64,000 bases of DNA from Solirubrobacteraceae bacterium (GCA_039934455.1 JBDTMF010000001.1:12705-76704), one strand, 5' to 3'; counted from the first letter of the stretch, positions 29,796 through 38,717 are shown. Translations and numbers: made by a program. Notes: generated from the sequence alone by a model not told the origin.

Positions 29796-30722
29796 CTAGA
29801 CGCGCGCGGAGGACTCCGCGTCGTCGTAGACCTTGATGAAGCGCAGGTAGTTGTCGGCGACCTGCTCCGCGGCGGCCTTGCGTTCGAGGTCGCCCGCGAG
29901 GAAGCCCTTGAGCGCGTCCCACCAGATCGAGCGGCCGATCGCGAAGCCGATGAAGCCCTCCACCGGCGCGGCCTGCTGCAGCCAGTGGTCGACCTTCTCG
30001 TCGCTCGCGCCCCGGCCGAGCAGGACGGACGTGACGCCCTCGCGCCCCTCGCCCGCCCGTGTCTGGCGGATCAGCATCTCGGCGTCCTCCTGCGCGTCGA
30101 CGCCTTCGATCTTCCAGACGTCGGCCTCGACGCCGTAGTCCTGGATCTGCTCGATCGCGCGCCGCATCAGCTCGGGCCGCAACTCGGCGTCGTAGCGGTC
30201 GGTGTCGCCGCCCACGGACTCGAGTTGGTCGTCCTCGGCGGGCACCAGCAGCTCGAACAGGAACAGGCGGTCGTGCTCGTGCAGCCAGTCGGAGAGTTCC
30301 TTGAGGCGGCTGAGCTGGCGCTCGTTCATCTCCGGGTCGCCGTCTGGGTTCAGACGCACGAGAACCTTCGAGAAGTCCGGGTCGTTGTCCTCGATGTGCT
30401 TGCCGAACTCCGCGTCGTACTGGAAGTCGAAGTCCGGCTGGCCGCTCTTCTCGACCGGCTGGGCGAGCTTGAGCCCGTGCTCCTTGGCGAGCGTCGGGAT
30501 GTCGGAGCCGAACTGCTCGTCGACGAGCACGCCCGTCGCCGCTGCGTCGACGCCGCGCTCGACGGCGATCTCCATGCCCTCGTAGATCAGCTTCTTGGCG
30601 TCGGAGATCGTGTCCGTCTCCTCCGGCGTGGGGTCGCCCTCGATCCCGAACATCTTCGTCTGGAACGAGCCCCGGTGGTCGAAGGCGAGGATGTAGAGCT
30701 TTCCGTTGTAGCCAAGGGCCAT
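29796..30722 (-). CDS. DUF2090 / class I aldolase-like protein (IolC-C-terminal, 2-deoxy-5-keto-gluconate-6-P aldolase-like)
   Basis: MALGYNGKLYILAFDHRGSF...FLFELLVP...VWKIEG...GFAIGRSIWWDAL. ATG 30722 behind AAGGTGG is preferred over GTG 30731. Confidence 0.7.
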   Translation of the reverse strand: MALGYNGKLYILAFDHRGSFQTKMFGIEGDPTPEETDTISDAKKLIYEGMEIAVERGVDAAATGVLVDEQFGSDIPTLAKEHGLKLAQPVEKSGQPDFDFQYDAEFGKHIEDNDPDFSKVLVRLNPDGDPEMNERQLSRLKELSDWLHEHDRLFLFELLVPAEDDQLESVGGDTDRYDAELRPELMRRAIEQIQDYGVEADVWKIEGVDAQEDAEMLIRQTRAGEGREGVTSVLLGRGASDEKVDHWLQQAAPVEGFIGFAIGRSIWWDALKGFLAGDLERKAAAEQVADNYLRFIKVYDDAESSARV

Positions 30723-30778
30723 GGGAACCACCTTTGTCGGGACTGGGAGACGCGGACAACAGGCTACCCTCCCGCGCC

Positions 30779-31891
30779 GTGGAGCCGAACTTCACCGGCC
30801 CCAGCTACACCATAGGCGTCGAGGAAGAATTGATGATCCTCGACCCGGAGAGCTGGGAGCTGGCCAACGCGATCGAGGGGCTGCTCGAGGACAGCGGCGG
30901 CGACGACACCGGCGATATCAAACCCGAGCTCCACGAGTCCGTGCTCGAGATCGCCACGAAGCCGTGCCAGGACACGCGCGAGGCGGGCACGGAGCTGCGC
31001 GGGCTGCGTCGCCAGGTCGCCGAGGTCGCCGCCCGCCGCGATCTCACGATCGGCTCCGCCGGCACGCACCCGTTCGCACGCTGGGAGGACCAGCGCATCT
31101 CCGCGCGCCCGCGCTACCGCGACCTGATCGAGATGCTCCGCTTCGTCGCGCGCCAGGAGGTCATCTTCGGCCTCCACGTCCACGTCGGGATCGACGACGC
31201 CGACAAGGCCATCCACGTCGCCAACGGGATGCGCGCCCACTGCGGGCTGCTGCTGGCGCTGTCGGCCAACTCGCCCTTCTGGCGCGGCGACGACACGGGG
31301 CTGGCCTCCGCCCGGATGCCGATCTTCCGCCAGTTCCCGCGCGTGGGGATGCCGCCCGCCTACCGGGACTGGGCCGACTTCGAGCGCCGCATCGGCTTCA
31401 TGGTCGACTCGAAGGTGATGGAGGACTACACCTACCTCTGGTACGACGTGCGGCCGCACCCGAACTTCGGAACGGTCGAGATCCGCACGATGGACGCGCA
31501 GACCAGGGTCGAGCACACGCTCGCGCTCGCGGCGCTGATCCAGGCCATGGCCAAGGAGCTCGCCGAGCACTACGAGTCGGGCGAGAAGCTCGCCGACTAC
31601 CCCTACGAGATGCTCGACGAGAACCGCTGGATCGCCGCGCGGCACGGTCTCGACGGCGAGCTCGTCGACCTCCCGAGCTTCGAGCGGGTGGGGGCGAAGG
31701 CGCTCGCGCGGCGCGTCTACGACCGGCTCGCGGAGCACGCGCAGGACCTCGGCTCGGCCGCCGAGCTGGAGGGGATCCTCGACCTGCTCGAGGGCGGCAA
31801 CGGCGCTGCGCGCCAGAAGCTCGTCCACCAGGCCAACCACGACCTCCACGAGGTCGTGCGCGAGATCGCGACGGCCACGCTGGCCGAGTAG
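30779..31891 (+). CDS. Carboxylate-amine ligase, YbdK / glutamate-cysteine ligase family 2
   Basis: (M)EPNFTGPSYTIGVEEELMILD...ELHESVLEIATKPC...HVHVGI...VEIRTMDAQ. TTG 30734 is an alternative start. Confidence 0.85.
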   Translation: MEPNFTGPSYTIGVEEELMILDPESWELANAIEGLLEDSGGDDTGDIKPELHESVLEIATKPCQDTREAGTELRGLRRQVAEVAARRDLTIGSAGTHPFARWEDQRISARPRYRDLIEMLRFVARQEVIFGLHVHVGIDDADKAIHVANGMRAHCGLLLALSANSPFWRGDDTGLASARMPIFRQFPRVGMPPAYRDWADFERRIGFMVDSKVMEDYTYLWYDVRPHPNFGTVEIRTMDAQTRVEHTLALAALIQAMAKELAEHYESGEKLADYPYEMLDENRWIAARHGLDGELVDLPSFERVGAKALARRVYDRLAEHAQDLGSAAELEGILDLLEGGNGAARQKLVHQANHDLHEVVREIATATLAE

Positions 31892-31937
31892 CGCCAACCT
31901 GCGGGGCGGCCCTTGGGGGGCGCGTAGAATCGCTTCT

Positions 31938-32696
31938 GTGGCCAGCGGACCCGAGCTCTTCGTCGTCTGCAAGAAGTGCAACTCCGAGGTGTCGCCGTAC
32001 ATCACGGAGTGCCCTTACTGCGGCACCCGCCTGCGCAAGCGCGCGCCCAAGCTCGAGAAGGGCGGCGGGCCCCCGCGCGCGGCGCGCCGGCGCGAGCGGC
32101 CGAAGCTCAGCCGCCTGAAGCCCGGCGAGATTCCCGGCGTTCGCGCCGAACACCGGCCGTACGCCACGATCTCGGTCGTCCTCGTCACGGTGCTCGCCTC
32201 GCTGGCCTTCCAGGCCGGCGCCTACGACGCGGTCACGAACGTCGCGCTGCAGGGCCCGATCGACGGCGAGTGGTGGAAGCTCGTCACGACCCTCTTCGTG
32301 TACCTCTCGACCGGCTATGAGGTCGTCGCGCTCGGTGCGATCTTCCTCTTCGGCTGGCTGCTCGAGCGCCGCCACGGAGCGTGGGCGCCGCTGCTCGTCT
32401 TCTTCGTGGGCGGGGCCGCCGGCGCGGCCCTCGTCGTCGGCCTGGACGAAGGCGCCGCCGCGTGGGGAGCCAACTCGTCAGCGCTCGCACTACTCGCCGC
32501 CTGGACCATCCGCGACGTCCTGGCGCGGCGGCGCGGTGAGGAGGACGATGCCGACCTGCTCGGCGTGCTCGCGCTCGCGGTCGTCCTGGTCCTGATCCCG
32601 CTCGTGGCCACGGAGGCCCACTCGCTCGCCGGCCTCGGCGGCGGCGTCGCGGGGATGTTGCTCGGCTTCGTGCTCGCCCGCGTTCCCCAGCGCTAG
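31938..32696 (+). CDS. Rhomboid-family intramembrane protease with N-terminal zinc ribbon
   Basis: CKKCNSEVSPYITECPYCGT, then multi-TM with WWKLVTTLFVY, GANSSALALLAAW and AHSLAGLGGGVAG motifs. Confidence 0.75.
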   Translation: MASGPELFVVCKKCNSEVSPYITECPYCGTRLRKRAPKLEKGGGPPRAARRRERPKLSRLKPGEIPGVRAEHRPYATISVVLVTVLASLAFQAGAYDAVTNVALQGPIDGEWWKLVTTLFVYLSTGYEVVALGAIFLFGWLLERRHGAWAPLLVFFVGGAAGAALVVGLDEGAAAWGANSSALALLAAWTIRDVLARRRGEEDDADLLGVLALAVVLVLIPLVATEAHSLAGLGGGVAGMLLGFVLARVPQR

Positions 32697-33697
32697 CGAA
32701 CGCTGATCGTCCCCGGCTCGCCGGCCACGAGCCGGCCGATCGCGGATCCCTCCATCGCGGCGCCCGCCGGGATGGCGGCGAGGAGCCCGCCGCTCGTCAT
32801 CGCGTCGCACAGCAGGCGCCGGCGCGGCTCGGGCACGCTGCCCGCCCAGGTCGTGAAACCCTCCGCGTCCGCGCGGTTGCGCCTGGAGCCGCCCGCGAGC
32901 GCCGCCTCGCCGGCCAGCAGGTCGAGCACGCCGTCGATCGCGGGGACCGCGGCGGCGTCGATCTCGGCGGCGAGGCCGCTCGCCTCCGCCAGCTCGTGCA
33001 GGTGGCCGAGCAGGCCGAAGCCGGTGACGTCGGTGAGCGCGTGCGCGCCGGCATCGCGGGCCTGCTCGGCGCCGCGGTCGTTGAGCGTCGTCATGACCTC
33101 GATCGCGCGTGCTACGAGCGCCGGCTCCGCCAGCCCGCGCTTGATCGCTGTGGCGACGGCGCCGGCGCCGAGCGGCTTGGTCAGCACGAGCGCGTCCCCG
33201 TCGCGCCCGCCGGAGTTCATGAGCACGCGATCGGGATGGACGGTGCCGCAGACGGCGAGCCCGTACTTGGGCTCCGGATCGTCGATCGAGTGGCCGCCGA
33301 CGATGCTCGCGCCGGCGGCGGCGACCGCGTCGGCCCCGCCGCGCAGGATCTCGGCGAGGATCTCCGGCCCGAGCATCGCGAGCGGATAGGCGACGAGGTT
33401 GAGCGCGGAGACCGGGACGCCGCCCATCGCGTAGATGTCCGACAGCGCGTTGGCGGCGGCGATCTGCCCGAACTCGTACGGATCGTCGACGATCGGCGTG
33501 AAGAAGTCGGCGGTCTGCACAATCGCCAGGTCGTCGGTCAGCCGGACGACGCCGGCGTCGTCGGCCGTGTCGGTCGCCACCAGCACGCGCGGGTCCAGCG
33601 AGCGCGGCAGCCCCGCCACGATCGGGCGCAGGTCGGCCGCCGACAGCTTGCATCCGCAGCCGGCGCCGTGGGAGAGGGAGGTGAGGGCGGGCGGCAT
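32693..33697 (-). CDS. selD: Selenide, water dikinase (selenophosphate synthetase), Cys-type
   Basis: LTSLSHGAGCGCKLSAADL (Cys/Lys active-site loop), DDAGVV, PurM-like ATP-binding fold motifs. Confidence 0.9.
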   Translation of the reverse strand: MPPALTSLSHGAGCGCKLSAADLRPIVAGLPRSLDPRVLVATDTADDAGVVRLTDDLAIVQTADFFTPIVDDPYEFGQIAAANALSDIYAMGGVPVSALNLVAYPLAMLGPEILAEILRGGADAVAAAGASIVGGHSIDDPEPKYGLAVCGTVHPDRVLMNSGGRDGDALVLTKPLGAGAVATAIKRGLAEPALVARAIEVMTTLNDRGAEQARDAGAHALTDVTGFGLLGHLHELAEASGLAAEIDAAAVPAIDGVLDLLAGEAALAGGSRRNRADAEGFTTWAGSVPEPRRRLLCDAMTSGGLLAAIPAGAAMEGSAIGRLVAGEPGTISVR

Positions 33698-33718
33698 CGC
33701 GACCTATCATGCCCGGCC

Positions 33719-34042
33719 GTGCCGCAGTACACCGACGCGCAGATCGAGGCCGCCATCGCGTCGCTCAGCGAGCCGGGCCGCCTCGAGGAGGCGCAGCGCC
33801 TCGTCGCGAACGCCGCCCCGCAGCTCCAGGGCATCCTCAACCAGGCGCTCGAGTCCGCCGACTGGTTCGGCCCGGCCCACCAGGCCGAGGTCCTCAGGGC
33901 CGCCGGCATCGCCGACCCCGATGAGCGGATGAGCGCCGTGCGGTCGCTGATCGCGGAGGAAACGGGCGTGAGCATGCTGATCGGGGTAGCCGTGGGATAC
34001 GAACTGGCGAACCTGCTGATGGACCCGACCGAAGGAGACTGA
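33719..34042 (+). CDS. Hypothetical protein
   Basis: GTG 33719 gives (M)PQYTDAQIEAAIASLSEPGRLEEAQRLV.... GC3 bias. Divergent from selD. Confidence 0.5.
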   Translation: MPQYTDAQIEAAIASLSEPGRLEEAQRLVANAAPQLQGILNQALESADWFGPAHQAEVLRAAGIADPDERMSAVRSLIAEETGVSMLIGVAVGYELANLLMDPTEGD

Positions 34043-34045
34043 CCG

Positions 34046-34735
34046 ATGGCAGTGGACATCCGCTTCCTGGCCCACGCGGCCGTGCAGCTCACGTCCGGCG
34101 ACACGACCGTGCTCGTGGACCCGTTCATCACCGGCAACCCGAAGATCACCGTCGAGGCCTCCGAGCTCGAGCCGACCCACATCTTCCTCACGCACGGCCA
34201 CCAGGACCACTACGGCGACACGGTCGAGATCGCCAAGCGCACCGGCGCGACCGTCGTCGCGATCACCGAGATCGCTGCCGAGCTGCAGAGCGAGGAGGGG
34301 CTCGAGAACGTCGTCGATCCGAACCTCGGCGGCACCGTCACCTTCGACTGGGGCTGGGTCAAGCTCGTGCCGGCGTGGCACACCTCGACGACGCCCAGGG
34401 GCCAGGTCAACACGCCCGCCGGGCTGCTGATCAACATCGGCGACACGCTCGTCTACCACGTCGGCGACACCGCGCTGTTCTCCGACCTGCAGCTGATCGG
34501 GCGCCGTGGCGACAAGGTCGACGTCGCGCTCGTGCCGATCGGAGGCCACTACACGATGGACCGCCACGACGCCGTGACCGCGGTCGAGTTCATCGACCCG
34601 TCGGTCGTGATCCCCGTCCACTACGACACCTTCCCGCCGATCGAGACCGACGCCGAGGCCTTCAAGGCCGACGTCGAGTCCCAGACGAGCGCGAAGGTCG
34701 TGATCCTGGCGCCGGGCGAGACGCACTCAGCGTGA
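34046..34735 (+). CDS. Metallo-beta-lactamase-fold hydrolase (UPF0173-like)
   Basis: FLTHGHQDHYGDT motif. 229 aa. Confidence 0.8.
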   Translation: MAVDIRFLAHAAVQLTSGDTTVLVDPFITGNPKITVEASELEPTHIFLTHGHQDHYGDTVEIAKRTGATVVAITEIAAELQSEEGLENVVDPNLGGTVTFDWGWVKLVPAWHTSTTPRGQVNTPAGLLINIGDTLVYHVGDTALFSDLQLIGRRGDKVDVALVPIGGHYTMDRHDAVTAVEFIDPSVVIPVHYDTFPPIETDAEAFKADVESQTSAKVVILAPGETHSA

Positions 34736-35007
34736 CCCACGCGATCGTCCTGATCGAGGCCGAGCGGTCGGCGATGCCGTCGCTCGGCGGTGCGCTCGCC
34801 GACCTCGAGGGCGTCGCCGAGGCATACTCCGTGACGGGCGAATGGGACTACGTGGCGATCGTGCGCGTGCGCGAGCCCGACCAGCTCGCGCCCCTGATCA
34901 CCGGCAAGCTCGCGCAGATCGACGGCATCAAGCGCACGTACACGATGGTCGCCTTCGAGGCCTTCTCGGACCACGATCTCGAGGCGCTGTTCTCGATCGG
35001 CGAGTGA
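34732..35007 (+). CDS. Lrp/AsnC ligand-binding (RAM) domain protein
   Basis: GTG 34732 overlaps the upstream stop (GTGA). ...VAEAYSVTGEWDYVAIVRV...IDGIKRTYTMVAF. Confidence 0.7.
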   Translation: MTHAIVLIEAERSAMPSLGGALADLEGVAEAYSVTGEWDYVAIVRVREPDQLAPLITGKLAQIDGIKRTYTMVAFEAFSDHDLEALFSIGE

Positions 35008-35432
35008 TGCGCGCGCCGGCGGCCGCGCTCGCCGCCTGCCTGTTGGCGGCGGGATGCGGCGGCGGGTCGAAGGAGCGCACCTCGACGCCGACGCCGACGG
35101 CGAACGCGGCCCGCCAGCCGGAGGCACAGCCCGGCGGCGCCGGCGACGAGCAGCCGATCCGCCAGCCGGTGCGGCTGACGGTCGGCGACCACGGCATCAG
35201 GCCGAAGCTGAGCAAGGTGTCCGCGTTCCTGGGCGTCGAGCTCGTCATCCGCAACACGAGCTCCCGCGAGCAGGTCGTCACGCTGCTGCACGCCCGCCCG
35301 CGCCGCGCCGCGACCGTCCCCGCGGGGAGGACGGGCCGCCTCCGGCTCGCCGGCCTGCGTCGCGGCCGCTACATCATCCAGGGTTCCACGGGCGCCCGCG
35401 CGACGCTCGTCTCCTCGCTCGACGAACCCTGA
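35007..35432 (+). CDS. Hypothetical lipoprotein (cupredoxin-like C-terminal part)
   Basis: MRAPAAALAACLLAAGCGG lipobox. The start overlaps the previous stop (TGATG). Confidence 0.6.
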   Translation: MRAPAAALAACLLAAGCGGGSKERTSTPTPTANAARQPEAQPGGAGDEQPIRQPVRLTVGDHGIRPKLSKVSAFLGVELVIRNTSSREQVVTLLHARPRRAATVPAGRTGRLRLAGLRRGRYIIQGSTGARATLVSSLDEP

Positions 35433-35470
35433 GTTGGCCAGCCAGCCAGGCGGTCGGTAGGGTGCGCCGC

Positions 35471-36397
35471 ATGTCCGACCCAGCCCCCCGCGCCGAGCGC
35501 CTCCAGCGCACCGACTACCAGGCCACCAGCGACCCCGCGCTGCTCGCCTCTGCCGACCGCGGCGAGTCGCAGCTGCTCGGCTACGCGCAGCTCTACCAGC
35601 TGTGGGAGCGCCAGCACTGGGCCACGCAGGACATCGACTTCAGCCAGGACCGGATCGACTGGCACGAGCGCATCGACGCCGAGGAGCGCTTCCAGCGCAT
35701 GTACGGGCTGTCGTCCTTCTTCATCGGCGAGCAGCGCGTGGCGGCCGAGCTCGGCCCGATGATGCGGGCGGTCCCCGACGAGGACATGCGCATCTTCCTG
35801 TGCACGCAGATCGCCGACGAGGCCCGCCACGTCGCGTTCTTCGACCGCTTCTACGCCGAGGTCGGCGTGCTCGAGTCCGACAACCTGCAGGACCGCCTGG
35901 AGGAGAACGCGCAATACATCAACCGCGAGTTCGGCGTCCTCTTCGACGAGATGCTGCACTCGCGCGTGGACCGGCTGGCGGTCGAGCCCGAGGACACGGA
36001 GACGCTGGTCGAGGCGGTGACGATCTACCACATGGTCATCGAGGGCATGCTCGCGCTGACCGGCCAGCACTTCATCATGGACTTCAACGAGCGCCAGGGC
36101 ACGCTGCCGGGCTTCGTCGAGGGCTTCACGCGGGTCGCGCGCGACGAGCACCGCCACGTCGCGTTCGGTGCGCGCTTCCTGCGCGACATGGTGCACCGCG
36201 ACGAGCGCCACCTCGGCGCGATCCAGCGCACGCTCGTCGAGGTCGGGCCGGTCGCCGACGCGGTCCTGCGCCCGCCGTGGATGGAGGGCGACGACGACGA
36301 GCAGACGTTGTTCGGCGTCTCGGTCGCCGAGACGCGCGCGTTCGCGCTGAAGGCGCTCGAGCGGCGCATGAAGGTCATCGGCCTCGTCGCCGCATGA
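35471..36397 (+). CDS. Ribonucleotide reductase R2-like ferritin-fold di-metal carboxylate protein
   Basis: ATG 35471. Two ExxH motifs: IADEARHVAFF and ARDEHRHVAFG, plus VIEGML. Confidence 0.75.
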   Translation: MSDPAPRAERLQRTDYQATSDPALLASADRGESQLLGYAQLYQLWERQHWATQDIDFSQDRIDWHERIDAEERFQRMYGLSSFFIGEQRVAAELGPMMRAVPDEDMRIFLCTQIADEARHVAFFDRFYAEVGVLESDNLQDRLEENAQYINREFGVLFDEMLHSRVDRLAVEPEDTETLVEAVTIYHMVIEGMLALTGQHFIMDFNERQGTLPGFVEGFTRVARDEHRHVAFGARFLRDMVHRDERHLGAIQRTLVEVGPVADAVLRPPWMEGDDDEQTLFGVSVAETRAFALKALERRMKVIGLVAA

Positions 36398-36723
36398 TCG
36401 ACTTCGACCAGTTCCTCGCCGTCGACATGCGCGTCGGCGTCGTGACGGCGGTCGTCGACTTCCCCGAGGCGCGCAAGCCGGCGTGGAAGCTCACGATCGA
36501 CTTCGGGCCGGAGATCGGCGTCAAGCGCTCCTCGGCGCAGATCACGAACTACGCCCGCGAGGCGCTCGAGGGCCGGCGCATCGTCGCGGTGGTCAACTTC
36601 CCGCCGCGCCAGATCGGGCCGTTCATGTCCGAGGTGCTGTGCCTCGGGGCCTCGAACGAGGTCGGGGAGATCATCCTGCTGCGCCCCGACACCGACGTCC
36701 CCGTCGGCGCCCGCATCCACTGA
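36394..36723 (+). CDS. CsaA-like tRNA-binding (EMAP/OB-fold) domain protein
   Basis: MIDFDQFLAVDMRVGVV...KPAWKLTIDFG...KRSSAQITNY...VVNFPPRQIGPFMSEVL. ATGA overlap with the R2-like gene. Confidence 0.8.
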   Translation: MIDFDQFLAVDMRVGVVTAVVDFPEARKPAWKLTIDFGPEIGVKRSSAQITNYAREALEGRRIVAVVNFPPRQIGPFMSEVLCLGASNEVGEIILLRPDTDVPVGARIH

Positions 36724-36724
36724 G

Positions 36725-38221
36725 CTAGAACTTCGGGCGCTGCGGGGCGCTCGGCGAGGGCGCCGGCACGGGCGTGATGATCGGCCCGCCGTCGTCGCCG
36801 GCCGTCGGGGTCGGCGTCGCGGCCGGGCCGGGCGTCGAGCTCGGCTGCGGCGAGGGCGAGGGGGACGGCGATGGCTGCGGCGACGGGGCCGGCGTCGTCT
36901 GCGCGGGCGGGGCGGTCTCGCCGGGCGGGAGCGCGCCGCTGGTCTGCTCCGTCGAGCCGGCGGTCTCCGTCGGCGTCGTCGTGTCGCCCTCGTGCTGCTC
37001 GCGCAGCGGCGGCACGGCGGCCACCAGCGTCGGCTTCGCGTCGGCGACGGGCGTCGGGGTCGGGCTCGCCTTGGCGTCTGCCTTCTTGCGGCGGGCGGCG
37101 CGCGGGGCGCGGGCGGCGACCGGGGCGGGTGCGATCGGCTGCGGGACGGACCGCACGGCGACGGGGGCGGAGGCCTTCGCGGGCGCGGCCGCGGGCGGCG
37201 CGGCGGCGGCGATCGTCGAGGTCCGCGCCGGGCGGTCGACAGCGACGTGCTTGACCTCAACCGCGCCCGCGGTGACGATCGCGGCGGCGGCGAGCCCGGC
37301 GGCGGCCTTGGTGGCCAGCGCGCTCGCGCCCGCCTGCAGCGCGGCGCCACCGGCGCTCGCGGCGGCGGCGCTGCCGCCGGCGGCGGCCGCGGTGCCGCCG
37401 CTCGCAGCGGCGGTCATGCCGAAGTGGGCGAGCAGCGTCTTCTTGAGCAGCAGCAGCGGCGCGACGGGGAAGACGGCGGCGAGCGCCTTGTTGTTCGCCC
37501 GCAGTTGCTTGCGGAACGTCACGCAGCGGTCGCACGTGCGCAGGTGCCGGCGCACGGGGGCGGTCGTGCGGCGCAGGCCCTCGGCGACCTCGCCCAGCTC
37601 GTCGCGGACCTCCTCGCAGGTCAGCAGGCGGGCCTCGGCGGCCTCGGCGAGCGACACGCGGGCGCGCACGAGCAGCGACTTCACGGACGGCACCGTGGTC
37701 TCCATCGCCTCGGAGATCTGCTCGTAGGAGAGCGCGTCGATCTCGCGCAGCAGGAGCGCGGTCCGCTGGGTCTCCGGCAGGTCCTGCACGTCGGAGACGA
37801 GGAGGCGGAACTCCTCGCGCTTGTGGACCTTGTCCGCGGTCGTCAGGCCGCCCTCGGACAGGTGGATGTCCATCGAGTCGACGCCGATCGCCTGGGTGCG
37901 GCGGAGGTGGTTCAGCGAGCGGTTGCGCGCGATCCGGTACAGCCACGGGCGCACGTTGATCGCCCGCTCGTCGGCGAGCATCGCGTTGAAGGCGGCGGCG
38001 AAGACCTCCTGCAGCACGTCCTCCGCGTCCTCGCGCGAGGACAGCATGTGGCGGCAGAAGGCCAGCAGGCGCGACTGGTAGCGGGCGACGAGCGCCTCGA
38101 AGGCAGCCTGGTTCCCGCGCCGTACGAGCACGACGAGCCGCTCGTCCGACTGCAGTCTGAGCAGTGGCGAGCGTCCGTGAAGGCCGGCGGCGCCGGCGTG
38201 TTGGAGGGCTGAGGCTTCCAC
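36725..38221 (-). CDS. ECF-type sigma-70 family factor fused to a zinc anti-sigma (HxxxCxxC) domain, TM segment and Ala/Pro-rich tail
   Basis: Region 2 ...DAEDVLQEVFAAAF...VRPWLYRIARNRSLNHLRR. Region 4 LPETQRTALLLREIDALSYEQISEAM...VKSLLVRAR. Then CEEVRDEL...RRHLRTCDRC, a hydrophobic stretch, and a PSPQPSPSPSPSPQPS tail. Confidence 0.8.
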   Translation of the reverse strand: MEASALQHAGAAGLHGRSPLLRLQSDERLVVLVRRGNQAAFEALVARYQSRLLAFCRHMLSSREDAEDVLQEVFAAAFNAMLADERAINVRPWLYRIARNRSLNHLRRTQAIGVDSMDIHLSEGGLTTADKVHKREEFRLLVSDVQDLPETQRTALLLREIDALSYEQISEAMETTVPSVKSLLVRARVSLAEAAEARLLTCEEVRDELGEVAEGLRRTTAPVRRHLRTCDRCVTFRKQLRANNKALAAVFPVAPLLLLKKTLLAHFGMTAAASGGTAAAAGGSAAAASAGGAALQAGASALATKAAAGLAAAAIVTAGAVEVKHVAVDRPARTSTIAAAAPPAAAPAKASAPVAVRSVPQPIAPAPVAARAPRAARRKKADAKASPTPTPVADAKPTLVAAVPPLREQHEGDTTTPTETAGSTEQTSGALPPGETAPPAQTTPAPSPQPSPSPSPSPQPSSTPGPAATPTPTAGDDGGPIITPVPAPSPSAPQRPKF

Positions 38222-38308
38222 GCGTGGAGGGTCCTGCCACCGTACGAACAGTCCGGCGGCTTCGAAGTTGCTGGGTTCCCAGGGTAGCCCGACGTACGAT
38301 GCCGTCCT

Positions 38309-38393
38309 GCCCGGGTAGACGAACTGGCACAGTCGGCCCTCTTAAAAAGGGCTGCCCCTGTGGGCATTGTGGGTTCGAGTCCCACCCCGGGCA
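38309..38393 (+). tRNA. tRNA-Leu (anticodon UAA)
   Basis: Acceptor GCCCGGG/CCCGGGC, anticodon stem GCCCT/AGGGC with loop CTTAAAA, long variable arm GCCC-CTGT-GGGC, T-loop GGTTCGAGTCC. No encoded CCA. Confidence 0.9.
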
Positions 38394-38459
38394 TCGTTTG
38401 TTCGTGCCGGAACTTCGCGCAGAGCGGCCATTTTGGCGCGCGTCGCGTTTGCCATCCGA

Positions 38460-38717
38460 ATGGTGAAGGGTACGATTCCGATCATGGTGGAAACCATCCG
38501 TTCCATGCGCTTGCAGGCCGTCCGCTGCACCGAATGCGGCGACGCACGGTGGTGCCTGTTCTCCACCGTCGACCCCGGCCGCCCGTGCGACCTGTGCGGT
38601 GGCGTGATGAAGGTCGAGCGCCGCACCCCCGGCCGCGGCCCGCGCAGGCTGCTGCGCGAGCGCCGCAGCGGCGGCCCCGGCGTGATGCCGGACCCGCGCG
38701 CTCCGCTCACCGGCTGA
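38460..38717 (+). CDS. Hypothetical small zinc-ribbon protein
   Basis: ...RCTECGDARWCLF...PCDLCGG... (CxxC...CxxC). The start is uncertain (38460, 38484 or later). Confidence 0.4.
   Translation: MVKGTIPIMVETIRSMRLQAVRCTECGDARWCLFSTVDPGRPCDLCGGVMKVERRTPGRGPRRLLRERRSGGPGVMPDPRAPLTG

Noticed and set aside
36780-36920. Apparent tandem DNA repeats (ggcgagggc/gacggcgat-type periodicity).
   Set aside because: They are the reverse strand of the PSPQPSPSPSPSPQPS low-complexity tail of the sigma/anti-sigma fusion. This is coding low complexity, not a repeat element or CRISPR.
38309-38393. Possibility that the long-variable-arm tRNA near selD is tRNA-Sec.
   Set aside because: The anticodon loop reads CTTAAAA (anticodon UAA = Leu), not UCA. 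The acceptor stem is an ordinary 7 bp. It is 4.6 kb from selD with unrelated genes between.
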